A stretch of DNA of 64,000 nucleotides from Eledone cirrhosa (lineage: Eukaryota): NCBI GenBank assembly GCA_964016885.1, contig OZ024742.1, forward strand, positions 234,608,001 through 234,672,000. Reading direction: 5' to 3'. Shown piece by piece: positions 38,290 through 50,473 of the stretch. The position numbers and the translations under genes are program-made. The first letter of the stretch is position 1, and every line of letters starts with the position of its first letter. Under the pieces are notes generated by a model. It was not told where the DNA came from and did not search any database. It saw only the letters and a list, made by a program, of their open reading frames with translations.

Positions 38290-40944
38290 TTAATCATCAG
38301 ATACAAATCCAAAGACAGAATCCATATCAAACCAAGCATACTTGTCAACTGAAGGTGTTGTTGAGTTTTTACATTTTGTAGATCTGAAGAACTTCTTAGA
38401 CTGGGCATCAGATTGTTTCCCTTTCGGTTTTGATTGATAACTATCATTTTTGTTTTGTTTTGTTGGAGTTTTGGCTTTGTTGTTATTAGATCCTCCCAAC
38501 ATTCTAGATTTCCTGCTTCTTGTTGAAGTATTATTATCAAGATTTTCTTGGTTTTCAGTTGAAAAGGCTGCTTCTTCAAACTGAGATTGGGGAACATTGT
38601 TCTTCTTTGGTGAATTTATGTTCTTCTGGTGTTGTTTCAGCAATGGAGTCCTTATGGTGTTTTCTCCATTCCTTTGGCATTCAGAGACTGATGAGTCTGA
38701 ATCAGAAACAAGCAACATATCATCAGAGTTAAATACCACTTTTCTCTTCCTGGAACTTAGGTAGCTTGATTTAAATGAATTCATTCTTGAAGGTGTCATA
38801 TTTATTGGATGTTGAGGAGTCATCAAAACTGCTACATGAGGTTGATTCCTTGTAGCAAACCCTGGGCTTTTCATTGTATTTTCATACATTTGCTTCTTCA
38901 TAGTTTCTTTCTCCATTAATATTTTATCTATTTTTTCTTCAAGCTGGATATTGTCGTCCCTTTGTAGTTGAATATCCCGTTTTAGTTCAGAAATTTCACT
39001 TTTATATTGTAAGATTTCTTTTTCAAATTCATTTGTCTTTTCCTTCAGATCATTTTCATACTTCAGTTTCTGTTTTTTGGTCTCATTTTCATTTGTTTGG
39101 AAAATTTCTTTTGCTTTAATGTCAATTATTTTCTGGTTTTCTTTTTTATATTTGTCAAGAGTATTTACCATTTCTTCCTTTTGATTTTCATTTTCTTTTA
39201 AAATCTTCTCTTTATCTCGAACAGCTTTTTCTTTCACAATGGTCATTTCTTTTAGTTCTTCTTGACAACCCATTAAGACCTTATTTTTCTGTTGACAGTC
39301 ATCTAATTCCTTTTGTATTGCCTGAAATTTACATTTATATTCTTCAAGTTTTGTTTCTTTTTCCGTTATTATATCCGAACATTTATTTGCCGAAATGTCA
39401 TTTTCTTCAACTTTTTTATTTAATTTGCTAATTTCTGATGAATATTTATTTTCATCATTTTTCATTTTTGATTTTAGATTAGATATTTCATCCTCAAGTA
39501 GATTACGTTCATTTTTTAGCTCAGATATAATTTTGTTCAGACTATTAGTTTCATCTGAAGATTTTTTTTCAAGTTCTTTATTTATTTTTATGGAATCATG
39601 TAATTGCTCCTCCTTCTCTTGAAATTTACTTTTTAATATTTCTAATTCATCATTCAAGATTTCATATTTTTCTTCTAAAGTTTTAAGTTTTTCTTTTGTT
39701 TTCTCATGCACATCAACAACATCTACATGTATAGCCTTTGCATTAGTTATTTCATCATTTAAAGATATAATATTGTTGTTAAGGCTATTTATCTTGGTAG
39801 TTTTGGAGTTTAACTGAATTTGCAGATTACTTTTCTGGGTTATTTCTTGTTTCAAATTTTCATTCAACTCTGCTTTCTCCAAAATTAACATATCTTTATC
39901 ACTCTTCAAGTCTTCTATCATTTTATTTGCTGATGTATATTTAACATTTATTTCTCCGTGCTCTTTTTCTAGTTTTTCATAAGTTTGATTTGCTTCTTTT
40001 AAAAGATTTTCTAAAGAAGCTTTCATTAATAAAGTTTCCTTGATTTTCTCAGCTGATTCAAATTTAAGGGTTGTGTACTTAATCTCCATCTCAGAAAGAA
40101 ATTTTTTAGATTCTTCACAATCAGATTTTAGTTGGGTTTTCACCTCTTCAGTATCATGTAGGTCTTTATCTAATTGTTTCACCTTTTCATTTCCACAACT
40201 AATTACATTCTGTAACTCCTCAATAACATTTTGCATATCTTCTATTCTTTTTTCTAAACATTTTCTTTGCCTTTCTTTCTCTAGAATAATATTGTTAATT
40301 TCATTTTTTAATTTATTTTCTTCTTCCTTGGCTGAAATATTCAAATCATTGAATTTTACTGAAAGTTCTTCAAATTTTTCAAAATATTCTCTTTCTTTAT
40401 ATTTTAATTCGCTGCTTTCTGCTTCACATTGCATCAATTTATTTTCGACAGTCTGTGAATGTTCTTTGACAATGTTACACATTTTCCGAGTACAATCAAT
40501 TTTCCTCAAAATTTCTTCTCTATTGGTCATTTCTTCTTGCATCTTAATACTTAAATTTTCATTTTCTATTTGCAATTCCATAAAAGATTTTCTAAGATTT
40601 TCAGTAGTTTGGGTTAATTCTCCAATCTTTTTCTCTTTTTGTTTGTTCTCAGTTTCTGTAGAAAGTTTCCATTCCCTTATTTTTTCAGCTTCCTGTCGAA
40701 GGCGGCTATGCAAGGTAAATAGTTTGCATTCAACATCATGAGTATTTATAGACTGTTTCTGACTCTCGTTATTTTCTTTGGAAATAAGCTTTTCTTGGAA
40801 CGATTGATACAGTGTTGTACTTTTGTGCATAATAAGGGGCATTTTAATTTTTTTTGTCAAACTAATACCAGAGTTAGAACTATTTAATAGATTTTCATCA
40901 GTCTTCTCATGAACTTGAGACATCGATGATAAAGAACTCTGCAT
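38290..40944 (-). CDS. SYCP1: Synaptonemal complex protein 1 (transverse filament), single-exon ORF, 884 aa
   Basis: The N-terminal motif LHSRLRQEAEKIREWK...LRKSFMELQIENENLSIKMQEE...TRKMCNIVKE matches the conserved SYCP1 motif (vertebrate YSKLYKEAEKIKKWK...QRKAIQELQFENEKVSLKLEE...TRHLCNLLKE). It has a long coiled coil, a second motif EMVNTLDKYKKENQKII (cf. EMVALMEKHKHQYDKII) and a basic S/T-P-rich tail. Confidence 0.92.
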   Translation of the reverse strand: MQSSLSSMSQVHEKTDENLLNSSNSGISLTKKIKMPLIMHKSTTLYQSFQEKLISKENNESQKQSINTHDVECKLFTLHSRLRQEAEKIREWKLSTETENKQKEKKIGELTQTTENLRKSFMELQIENENLSIKMQEEMTNREEILRKIDCTRKMCNIVKEHSQTVENKLMQCEAESSELKYKEREYFEKFEELSVKFNDLNISAKEEENKLKNEINNIILEKERQRKCLEKRIEDMQNVIEELQNVISCGNEKVKQLDKDLHDTEEVKTQLKSDCEESKKFLSEMEIKYTTLKFESAEKIKETLLMKASLENLLKEANQTYEKLEKEHGEINVKYTSANKMIEDLKSDKDMLILEKAELNENLKQEITQKSNLQIQLNSKTTKINSLNNNIISLNDEITNAKAIHVDVVDVHEKTKEKLKTLEEKYEILNDELEILKSKFQEKEEQLHDSIKINKELEKKSSDETNSLNKIISELKNERNLLEDEISNLKSKMKNDENKYSSEISKLNKKVEENDISANKCSDIITEKETKLEEYKCKFQAIQKELDDCQQKNKVLMGCQEELKEMTIVKEKAVRDKEKILKENENQKEEMVNTLDKYKKENQKIIDIKAKEIFQTNENETKKQKLKYENDLKEKTNEFEKEILQYKSEISELKRDIQLQRDDNIQLEEKIDKILMEKETMKKQMYENTMKSPGFATRNQPHVAVLMTPQHPINMTPSRMNSFKSSYLSSRKRKVVFNSDDMLLVSDSDSSVSECQRNGENTIRTPLLKQHQKNINSPKKNNVPQSQFEEAAFSTENQENLDNNTSTRSRKSRMLGGSNNNKAKTPTKQNKNDSYQSKPKGKQSDAQSKKFFRSTKCKNSTTPSVDKYAWFDMDSVFGFVSDD

Positions 40945-41049
40945 TTTGCATGTAATTTTTGAACAAGTTTCTTTTCATATAATAGTTTTAAACATCGCAT
41001 TGAAGTTCAATAACAAATGATTAGTTGTCGTCTGCTGAAATACAAAAGT

Positions 41050-41150
41050 AAAGCCGAGAGAAAAACGCTGTGGAATGTAGTAGCGCCCCCAGCGGTAGTT
41101 CGACAGAGTTGCCTCCCTTGTTTCGCGCAGGCGCCAATCGCCATTTATAT
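41050..41150. promoter_or_regulatory. Putative bidirectional core promoter (SYCP1 / SNRPA1)
   Basis: CpG-rich patch between the divergent ATGs. NRF1-like CGCGCAGGCGCC (41124-35), CCAAT (41134-38), YY1-like CGCCATTT (41139-46), GC-box-like GCGCCCCC (~41083). Confidence 0.65.
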
Positions 41151-41286
41151 TACATGTTACCATTTTTTTTCTTTTGTGAATTGAAATTTATGATTGTGTA
41201 GTTGAATATACTTCAGAAAACTGATTGTGGATTATTATTATAATTAGTGTTACCTTTAATAATTTATTGGTACTAAACATTCAAAT

Positions 41287-41368
41287 ATGGTTAAACTATC
41301 TACTGATTTGATAGAACAGTCAGCTCAATACACCAACCCGGTAAGAGACCGTGAATTAGATCTCCGAG
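41287..41368 (+). CDS. SNRPA1: U2 snRNP protein A', coding exon 1
   Basis: MVKLSTDLIEQSAQYTNPVRDRELDLRG. Donor GTAACC. Confidence 0.97.
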
Positions 41369-42046
41369 GTAACCACGTTTTCTTTTCAGCCATTTCCTTC
41401 CTCAAACTTTTTCCATAATTTCTACTGACCAATTTTTGTTAAATTTATGGTTTAGTTGTTATTAAAAAAGAATACGAGTATCCTACTAGTTAGTATATCT
41501 CCCTGTTTTTCTTCGTGAAACTCAGAAAGCAACAAAATAGCCGAATGCTAACTGAAATTTTTAAAATCCTTGTACATTTTCAAATTGTCCTGTTGCAATA
41601 AATTAAATCTGTGTAAAAATTAATATGTATCGGTTGGGTTTATTTAGAGATTATCATTTTAAATCGAACTTTTCAATTTTTAATACAGTATTAATGAATT
41701 TTAAATATTACAAAAACAAATAAATAAATATACAACTGGTTCCTAACCCAAAGGTCGCAACATTTGAAGTTGTCCGGCATTTATTTTGAGTTCATTAATT
41801 TATGGCAAATTATCTCAGTCTAAAATTCTGTTGCTATTTACGAGACATATTTTTCATAACGTACAACTTCAGTATTTTCTCTATATCATACAATTATTGA
41901 TGATAATCACATTTTCATGGTCATTTTCGACGAGTGAAATAACGGTGTCATTTGAAAAAGTTGGGAACCACTTATTTAAAAAAGACATTACTGTTGTGTA
42001 TTATATATAATTGGGTCTCTTAATAGATTTTCTTATTTTATTTCAG

Positions 42047-42087
42047 GCTATAAAATTCCTGTTATTGAAAATTTGGGCGCTACTTTG
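42047..42087 (+). CDS. SNRPA1: U2A' exon 2
   Basis: TTTCAG| (G)YKIPVIENLGATL |GTAAAT. Frame is preserved. Confidence 0.95.
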
Positions 42088-42177
42088 GTAAATATCTTTC
42101 TAACAACACAAAATTTGTTTGTTTTTTCCATGCATCATGTGTATATCATTTACCATCCGTTTTCCCTGCTAACAAAG

Positions 42178-42210
42178 TATTATATATATATATATATATA
42201 TAAAATAGAC

Positions 42211-42263
<53 letters not shown>

Positions 42264-42270
42264 GACTAGA

Positions 42271-42308
<38 letters not shown>

Positions 42309-42377
42309 GACTGTGTATATATATATATATACAAATAAAATAGACTATGTGTATATATATATAAAATAGACTATATG

Positions 42378-42411
<34 letters not shown>

Positions 42412-42446
42412 TAAAATAGACTATGTGTATATATATATATATATAT
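42178..42446. repeat. Compound (TA)n minisatellite with AATAGACT(A)TGTG spacers
   Basis: About six TA tracts separated by a recurring AATAGACT motif. Confidence 0.9.
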
Positions 42447-42799
42447 CATTACTGTTTAACGTCCATTTTCCGTGCTCTAACCACTATCATGAAGTTGAAA
42501 ACATATAAAGCTATACATATTCTGAAAGTGAACCTAGAAAAATAAACAAAGTATTTTAAACTGATGTAAGAATCTATTTGCATCCCCCGAAAATGGCTCA
42601 AAATATAAATTCCTGCTTTTTTTGGTAGTTCAGAGCCCCCCAAATCAATGTGCAACAATTAGGAAATCTTTTAAATCTAAAAATTCTTGGCTATAAAAAA
42701 ATCATTAATGCAATAGGCAAATGAGGCTTCATATTTCTGCAATATGTTACACATTCAGGGGGTTGAAAAGCAGAAAAAAATGTTCATGGTACATATTGA

Positions 42800-43240
42800 T
42801 GGGTGGTTGGGTCAAGAAAATGAAATGCACTCGAAATGAGTATAATATGACAAGAAACGATCAAAAACAAAAGCTATTCACAAACAGCATGTCTCATCAA
42901 TTTTTGTACTTTATCGTGAGAAAAAAGATAGGATCAACTATCTTCATGATGTTCTTGATTGGAATCCAACTGATGTCGTCATAACTTGGCCAGAAAAATT
43001 GGCTTGCAGGACTTTTGTGATGAAGGAATTTAATAGAAACATCAGTGTTCCAGTGAAACATAATGTGCCAATCTGGTGCAAGCATATGCTTTATATTTCA
43101 CTGAATTCAACTTAGGATCAAAATAGTACAGTACAAGTGGATGTATTGTGGCCTGAGAATTGTTCCAATGAAACCCTTGAGCAGCATCTTGGACCACAAA
43201 TGCATAGTTCTCAGAGAAATCCAAATAATAAGCCAAAAAT
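42800..43240 (-). mobile_element. Internally deleted DDE transposase relic (Sola2-like, tentative)
   Basis: LDFSENYAFVVQDAAQGFHWNNSQATIHP is directly followed by the C-terminal IKFLHHKSPASQFFWPSYDDISWIP. Confidence 0.65.
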
Positions 43241-43679
43241 TAGTTGTTTACTAAATTCCTCCAAATTATTGATTGTTTTTATTATTACTTGAAACATATA
43301 AACAATATCTTTCATTAGAAATATGGTAACAAAAGTGTTAATGTTTTTAGTTAGTGTATAGCTTGGTTTCTGAGGCACTTTTGAAGATTTTGTCTCGTGA
43401 TTTATAGGCAGGATACTCTGGAACAGTTTCCAATTGTTTTACAAAGCTTATCAAATGAAAAGATTTTGACTGGTAAAGATACAAACATACTACCAACATG
43501 TAAAGTTCTAACCTTCACAATCCATGCCACTACATGAAATTTCACCTGCCAACATCCAAGATGACTACTACATTAATAAAAAAACACCCTCTTTCCTACT
43601 CAACCAAGATAAGCATAAAAAATAGAAACGCAAAAATAGCTGCAACATCAATTGTCTCTAAAGTTAATATTAGGATGCA

Positions 43680-45740
43680 CATCATCATCATCATCACAGT
43701 TTTACGTCCGTTTTTCCATGCTTTCATGGATTGGATGGGTTCTTTCCAGCACAGCATCCCTCCACTCACCACAGTCGTTTGACAACTTGACTGTGCACAG
43801 TGATTTGACATCAGTTCTCAACTTTTACCCAGGTCTTCCTTGGCCTCTCTCTCTAGTGTAGCTTCCTTCCACTGGGATTTCTTAGCACTTCTTCACTCAA
43901 TGATCATTGTCCATATTCATCACATCACCATACTAGCACAGTCTTCTCTCCTGCACACTAACTACAGCTGATTCCACTTTATATCCAGCTTTCCCTGCAG
44001 CTCATCCATGTTTTGTTGTTCACACACATTAGCATTGCACATCCATCAGAGCATGCTCGCTTCATTTCTATCTAACATTTCCATGTTCTCTACATTTATT
44101 ACCCAAGCAACATTGCACTCTGCACACATGCATCATGCAGCTGGCCTTTCTTTCATAGAGAAAAAACCTTTTGTTAGCAGAGGTAGTAGCTCCCTGGACT
44201 GTTTCCATGTTCTTATTCTAGCTATTATGCCCTCAGTGCAACCTCCTTACCTAGTAATTTGATTGCCTAGGTAACAGAAGCTATCAACTAATTCTAAGAA
44301 GCTTTCTTTGGATTGGAAAACATTTATTTTACTGATGCTCTTACTACTAATTATCTCTATGTATTTGCCACATACTAAGTTTATCTTTTCTGTTAGCCTG
44401 CCTGCTATCCCACTCTACCTCTTATGTATTCACAAGAGCAGGGCCACTTTCCTGATTGGATCAAGGACCTGTCTTATTTCCTACTTACCAAGACTGGTTT
44501 TTCCTAAGTTTTCTCTAAATCCTTTTGACTCTTAAATTCTGTTGTTAATGTTGGAATTTCTTCTCTACCTCTTCCACTGATTTGGCTATAAGAACCAGGC
44601 CATCAGCATACAGAAGTTCCCATGGACAACCTGTCTTATTGAATTCCTCACTAAACCCATTACTCTACCAAACTGACAGCTCTGTACATGGTTTGTACTG
44701 CTCTCACAAACCATTCTTCTACACTTAGTTTCCTTAAGGACGATCGGATGACTGATTGTGGTACTCTGTCAAAGCCTTCTCCAGATCAAAAGCCAGATAT
44801 AGTGACTTATTGAAGTTGTCTAAGAGTGTCTATGGTGCTCCTCCCTGACACAAAACCAAACTGCCTGTCATTTAATTTGACTCTTTCCCTAAGCAGTTGT
44901 GCTAAAACTCTTTCTGTTACTTTCATTACCTGGTCCATCAGTTTTATATCCCTGTAGTTACTCCTTTCTAGTGTGTCACCTTTTTTCTTGTAACAATGAA
45001 TATATTACTAGGCCAGTCATTGGGTATGACTCCATTATGTACTAGCTGATTGATTGTGTAGGTGACTAGTTCAACTCCTAAAGATTTCAGCATCTCAGAA
45101 ACTATCTCTGATGACCTTATTATTTTTTATATCCTTCATTGCTTTTTTAACCCTATACCTATCAAGTTTGATGGCTGGTCCCTCTGTTGGGTCAGCTGAG
45201 AATATTCTCTTTTCCAACTCATTTTTCACATTCAGCAATATCTCGTAATAGAATTTCCAGGCCTTTTTTTGTGTGGAGGGTGGGGGTGCACTAGTCTAAT
45301 TTCAAACACACTTTTCCCTAAGAACATACTGCTTAGAGATGTGCACATGACTAGGTTAGCCACCCCACTACTATGCACAGCACTAACATGACTAGTGACA
45401 GTCCTGTATATGCAGTTAGTGTGAATCTTATATTCTATGATGGTTATAGTTTTTGGCAAAGTTTTTCTGGCTAGATGCCCTTCCGATCGCCAAACACTTT
45501 GCAGTGTAGGCTGGATGTATTTCGTCAAGCCACAAGCACTTGAGAGGTTGTCTCACTAGATTGAAGAGTCATCTCTAACTTGTGTCAATTTTAATTTAGA
45601 GTCATTGCTCTTTTAGATGGGTTGCCTTCACTAAGGTTTGCAGAGCCCACATCTACCTTTTGCAGTCTTCTTCAGAGTGACTGCTCTCTTAGACGAGCTG
45701 CCTTCTCTGTAATTTATGGAATCTATGTCTACCATTAAGG
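43680..45740 (-). mobile_element. Decayed RTE LINE with its 5' leader (endonuclease region deleted)
   Basis: (GAT)n tail at 43680, RT remnants, a 5' UTR matching 28590-28780, and leader monomers at 45595-45735. Confidence 0.8.
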
Positions 45741-47773
45741 AACAACAGCACGCCACCATTATCTGAGCTATGAAAAGATAGCAACATGTCCAGATGGTCA
45801 CTACACCCCATTTGATTCATCACTGCATGTTTGAGTCTTGTGTAGTTGTCATGGTACAACTGGTACAGCAGATCTGTGAGTTGTACCTTATTGTTCAGCT
45901 GAGTACTTACATTCCTTAAAGATTGCTCAATCAGAGGTTGACATGGGTTTACACAACGAAACAACAATCAAACTATTTTGAGTTTAGTACCACAAAATAA
46001 TGAAATCCCTTGTCATAAGTGAACTGTATTTGTATTAGGACTTGTTTTTAGGTAAGTGGATTAAGTCAAAGGAGAGTGTGATTTTTTTTTTTCATAGATA
46101 AGCTGCATTAGAAGAAAACCAAGAACAGATCTCAAAACACTGAACCTCACTAAATAGATGATAACGGAACATTAAGAGTATAGAGAAGCTGTGCTGGAAA
46201 AATTCTGTCCAGCCCATGCAAGCTTGGAAAAACAGGCATAAAAAGGATGATGATTGTACAGTGCTAGTGACAAAATATGAATGATGCTTTGATTGACAAA
46301 CTAGTGTGGCAGTAATAGTACTAGCAGTGGTACCTAACCATACCTAGGTTTATTACTACCTAAAGTAAATATAATCACATGAATTCTCTATATTTTGGGT
46401 AATTAGCTTTAAAAAGATGTTGATAATTTTCAGTTGGTCCTGGAATACTGATTTGGTCAGAATTATTTCATTAAAAAAATGCCGAAAATGATTTAAATTG
46501 AGCTTCAGAAAAATGTGCAAATTTAGAACCTAGAATGAAATTTTATCCTTAAATTTTTTTATAGTTTGGGAAAACTTGCTTTTCTTTATTTATGTGACAG
46601 TCATCACTTTAAGCCAGTTTTTCATGCTTTGCATGAGTTAGATGTCACCTGGACTTTATCCCAGGTTCATGCATGTTAAGTGACAGAGTACAGTCTGTTG
46701 CAGAGCTAGCCCCTATCCCCCAGCTGCCACAGTATACATATCAGTTGAGTGAACTGGAGCAACTGGACATGTTTCCATGCTCAAGAACACGATGCACCAA
46801 CCAATCTAAGGATCAAATCCACAACCTTATAATCTTAAGCCCAACACACTAACCATTAGGCAATACATTATAAAGCTCTCTGTAAATACTGTAAAGTGGT
46901 TTGTGATAGGTAGGGCATCCAGCCACATAAAACCTGCCAAACAAAGGGTTTGGAGGATGCTTCAGTTGTGACAATGACATAACAACCTCTACTGTGCACG
47001 CCAAGAAAACATAAGACCGTACATAAGTGAGATGCAGACTTCCCCTGTACGCGGCCTGTCTGGGAGGTCAGTAGCCCTATTTCAGTTCTGACATGGTCTA
47101 TCTAGATCTGTCTAACCCTTGCTAGCAGGGAAAGCAGACATTAAACAATGATGATTTCTGCCAGGAGCTAAAGATAAACAAATTTCAGAAAAATTCACAT
47201 AACGTATAAGATTCTCTGTGAAAAGATGCTTTACTATGCCACATTTCAGCTATCTACAGCTACATCATTTTTCGTCTGCTTTTCCATGCTGACGTGGATA
47301 GGATGGGACTTTTTGAGACAGAATTTTACGATTTGATGCCAACCCTTTTAGTTGCTTCTTGTTTGTATATAAAGATAATTGACTATTTCATTTGACTAGC
47401 AATCTTTGTAGCATGGGACGTAGGAACTGAGCGACAAATGATCCTCTTTCTCTCTCTCCCCCTCTCTCTCTCTCTATATATATATAAGGCTGCCTCAAAT
47501 CAACAACAATAATGATTTCTTAAGGTACAGAAGAGATGAATGCATAAAAATACAATTGTGACATTAAAAAAACAAATTAATGGTTTAGAATTTTTACCAT
47601 ATTTCATATTTTACTTCTTATATGAAACCATTCAGAATTGCTGGCTCACTGCATTTCTGCAGGTTCAATATTTTGTTTTTTTATTTTTTATGTATTTTCA
47701 TTTGGCTTGATTTCTTTTTTATGTTAGAGTATCATTTTTAAAAGACATTTGAACTGGCAATGTTTACTTGTAG

Positions 47774-47880
47774 GATCAATTTGATACCATAGACTTTTCT
47801 GATAATGAAATTCGGAAACTAGATGGATTTCCTCTCTTGAAACGCCTAAAGTGCCTACTCTTGAGCAATAACAGAATTGT
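47774..47880 (+). CDS. SNRPA1: U2A' exon 3 (LRR)
   Basis: TTGTAG| DQFDTIDFSDNEIRKLDGFPLLKRLKCLLLSNNRIV |GTAAGT. Confidence 0.97.
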
Positions 47881-48019
47881 GTAAGTATACTTTATGATCA
47901 TATATATATATATACCATCATTTTACAGTCCTTTTTTCTACACACACACATATATATATATATGCATTTCTTCATAAGATCAGCCAAGTTTCTTGTGGTA
48001 TTTACAGTGTATGTATATA

Positions 48020-49135
48020 TCCCGAGATCAACCCATTCAAGTCCAAGGTGATAAACATTAGCTACGGAGAGGCCGAATTCCATGACGCTGTACTCAGTAT
48101 CCATCCCCTCTTGTCTGGGGCTTGGCTAACGCCCAAAGACGCTGGCTACATTCTTGGCTCTCCAATTCTCTCGAAAGCCATAAGAGAGTGTCTGGAGACC
48201 AAACATGCATACCTGTCCCGAATAGCAGAGAGGCTGCACCTCATTGACGCTCACCCAGCGCTCTTCCTCTTAAAGAACTGCTTTGCCCTCCCCAAATTCC
48301 TGTTCATGCTACGTGGTGCACCTTGTCACCCCCAAGCAGATCTTCTTGGTGAACTCGATGCCACTATCCAACGCTGTGCAGAACACATCTGCAATGTCAA
48401 TTTCGACAGCATCGACTGGCAACGAGTGAAGCTTCCAGCGAGGTTCAGTGGCCTCGGCCACCGATTTGCTTTGGATCTGGCACTACCAGCCTATTTTTCC
48501 TTAATCTTCTCCAGTTACACTCTCATCAGAGAGGTCTTCAGCGAGACACCCGAACCTGGTGTGGCCCTAGAGCTCGAGCAGGCTGCGGCCGACTGGACAG
48601 GCGTAGGCTTCTCTGTCCCCCAGTATAGAAATGTCCAACGTAACTGGGACATTAAACGCGGATCACATTGGACCAACACTGCCTCATAGCAAACAGCGGT
48701 GCACTTCTCATCAACCAGTACTCTTCTTGAAGACGTGTGCACTCATATCAGAGTGGCCCAACACATCAGCCTCCTCATGTGTGACCCACATAAATACATA
48801 AATTCCTTTGTGGGGCTGTCATTGACAAATTTGCCTTGCACCCACTATCATGCCGCCAGAGCTCAAGCCAGTTCCCCCAACATGTCACTCAAACGACATA
48901 TTGAGAAGGAGCCTGGATGCAGCTGACTTCCCATCACAACTGGAGCCAGCAGGTTTTGACTGCGGAAACAGTAAGTGCCTCTACAGAATTACCCTAATCC
49001 CTTTCGAAGGAGGTAGATCTCTCATCTGGGCCACCACTTGTGACTCGTTCTCTGCCTCCAACTAGTCACTTCAAATCCAGTACTGCTGCTCACAATACAG
49101 AGGAAAGGAAGACAAACAAATACTGGGGATTGTCC
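48020..49135 (+). mobile_element. CRE-clade non-LTR retrotransposon fragment
   Basis: ILGSPI..AHPALFLLKNCFALPKFLFMLR..WQRVKLPARFSGLG..DLALPAY, then RLE-domain remnants (NDILRRSL..LEPAG..ITLIPFEGGRSLIWATTC). Confidence 0.8.
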
Positions 49136-49139
49136 GGTA

Positions 49140-50267
49140 TCACATGTCTATACCAACGTAGTCTTCTCTCTTCCACACTACATCCAATTCCTCTTTTGCC
49201 AAGTTTTACCTTCAGTTTGCTTATGCTATGTCAATATTACACATCCATCGGAGCATACTCGACTTATTTCTTTCTAGCCTTCACAGGTCTTCTGCAGTTA
49301 AGGTTCATATTTCACTGCCATGTAGCATTGCAGTTCACACACAGGCATCACGCAGTCTATCCTTCATTTTGTTGTTAGTAGTAATAGATCTCTATATTTC
49401 TTCCAGCCTGTTCTTATCCTAACTATTACACTTTCAGCACATCCTTTCCCACTACTAATTTGATCGCTTAGGTAGCGAAAGCTGTCAACTTATGTGGAGA
49501 TCCCCTGGCAACTGAGGGGATCTATTTCATGTGTGCTCTTTCTGCTTACTTCCCCTGTATTTTCCGTTGGCCTAACTGCAATCCTACTACATTTCTTGTG
49601 TGTCCATAATTTACATTGTGTGTGCCTTATAAAATTTCTGCCCGCCCCTTTCTGACATATTGAATAAGGCCACTTTCCTGATGGTGTCACCTTCCTGTCT
49701 TCTTTTCTACTTATTAAAACTTTCATCTTTGCTAAATTTACTTTTGGGCTCCTTAGCTCTAGGTTCTTCTTCCATTCTTGAAATTTTGCTTCTAACTCTC
49801 CTATAGATTCTGCTATAAGGATTAGGTCATCAGCATATAGGAGTTTCCATGGAGTGCCAGTTTTAAACCCCTCAGTGGTGGCCTGAAGCACACTGATAAA
49901 CAAAAGTGGACTGAGGACTGATCCCTTGTGAACCCCTACCTGCACTTCATAATTATCATTACTTATTGCTAACTCTCACTCTGCTGGTTGCTCCTCTATA
50001 TATGGCCTGCACGGCCCTCACAAGCCATTTGTCTACACATAGCTTCCTAAGTGGCCACCAGATTATAGAGCATCGGACCCTGTCAAAGACCTTCTCCAGA
50101 CCTACAAATGACTTACACTTAGATAAATACCTCTCCTGTAGTTGTCTTACCAGAAAGAGGGCATCAGTAGTACTCCGGACTATATCTCATCTAACCTGAT
50201 TCTGTCCCTAATTAGCTGTGCTATAACCCTTTCAGTAACTTTCATGACTTGGTCTATCAACTTGATG

Positions 50268-50268
<1 letters not shown>
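49140..50268 (-). mobile_element. RTE LINE RT fragment with a degraded PHD-like insert
   Basis: VGVHKGSVLSPLLF, LLYADDL, GKWPYSICQKGAGRN..CKLWTHKKCS. Confidence 0.85.
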
Positions 50269-50320
<52 letters not shown>

Positions 50321-50473
50321 ATATATATATAATCGTGTGTGTCTTTTTTAAAAATAATGTTTCCTATAAAAACTATTTTCTAACTAAGAAATAATACCCC
50401 ATCACTGGGACATGTCTCATATTATCTCTGAATACACATGTCTAAAATGTCTAATATATCTCCTTCTTTGCAG

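Noticed and set aside
40040-40741. 233-aa plus-strand hydrophobic ORF (also 39395-39622)
   Set aside because: These are antisense shadows of the K/E-rich SYCP1 coiled coil.
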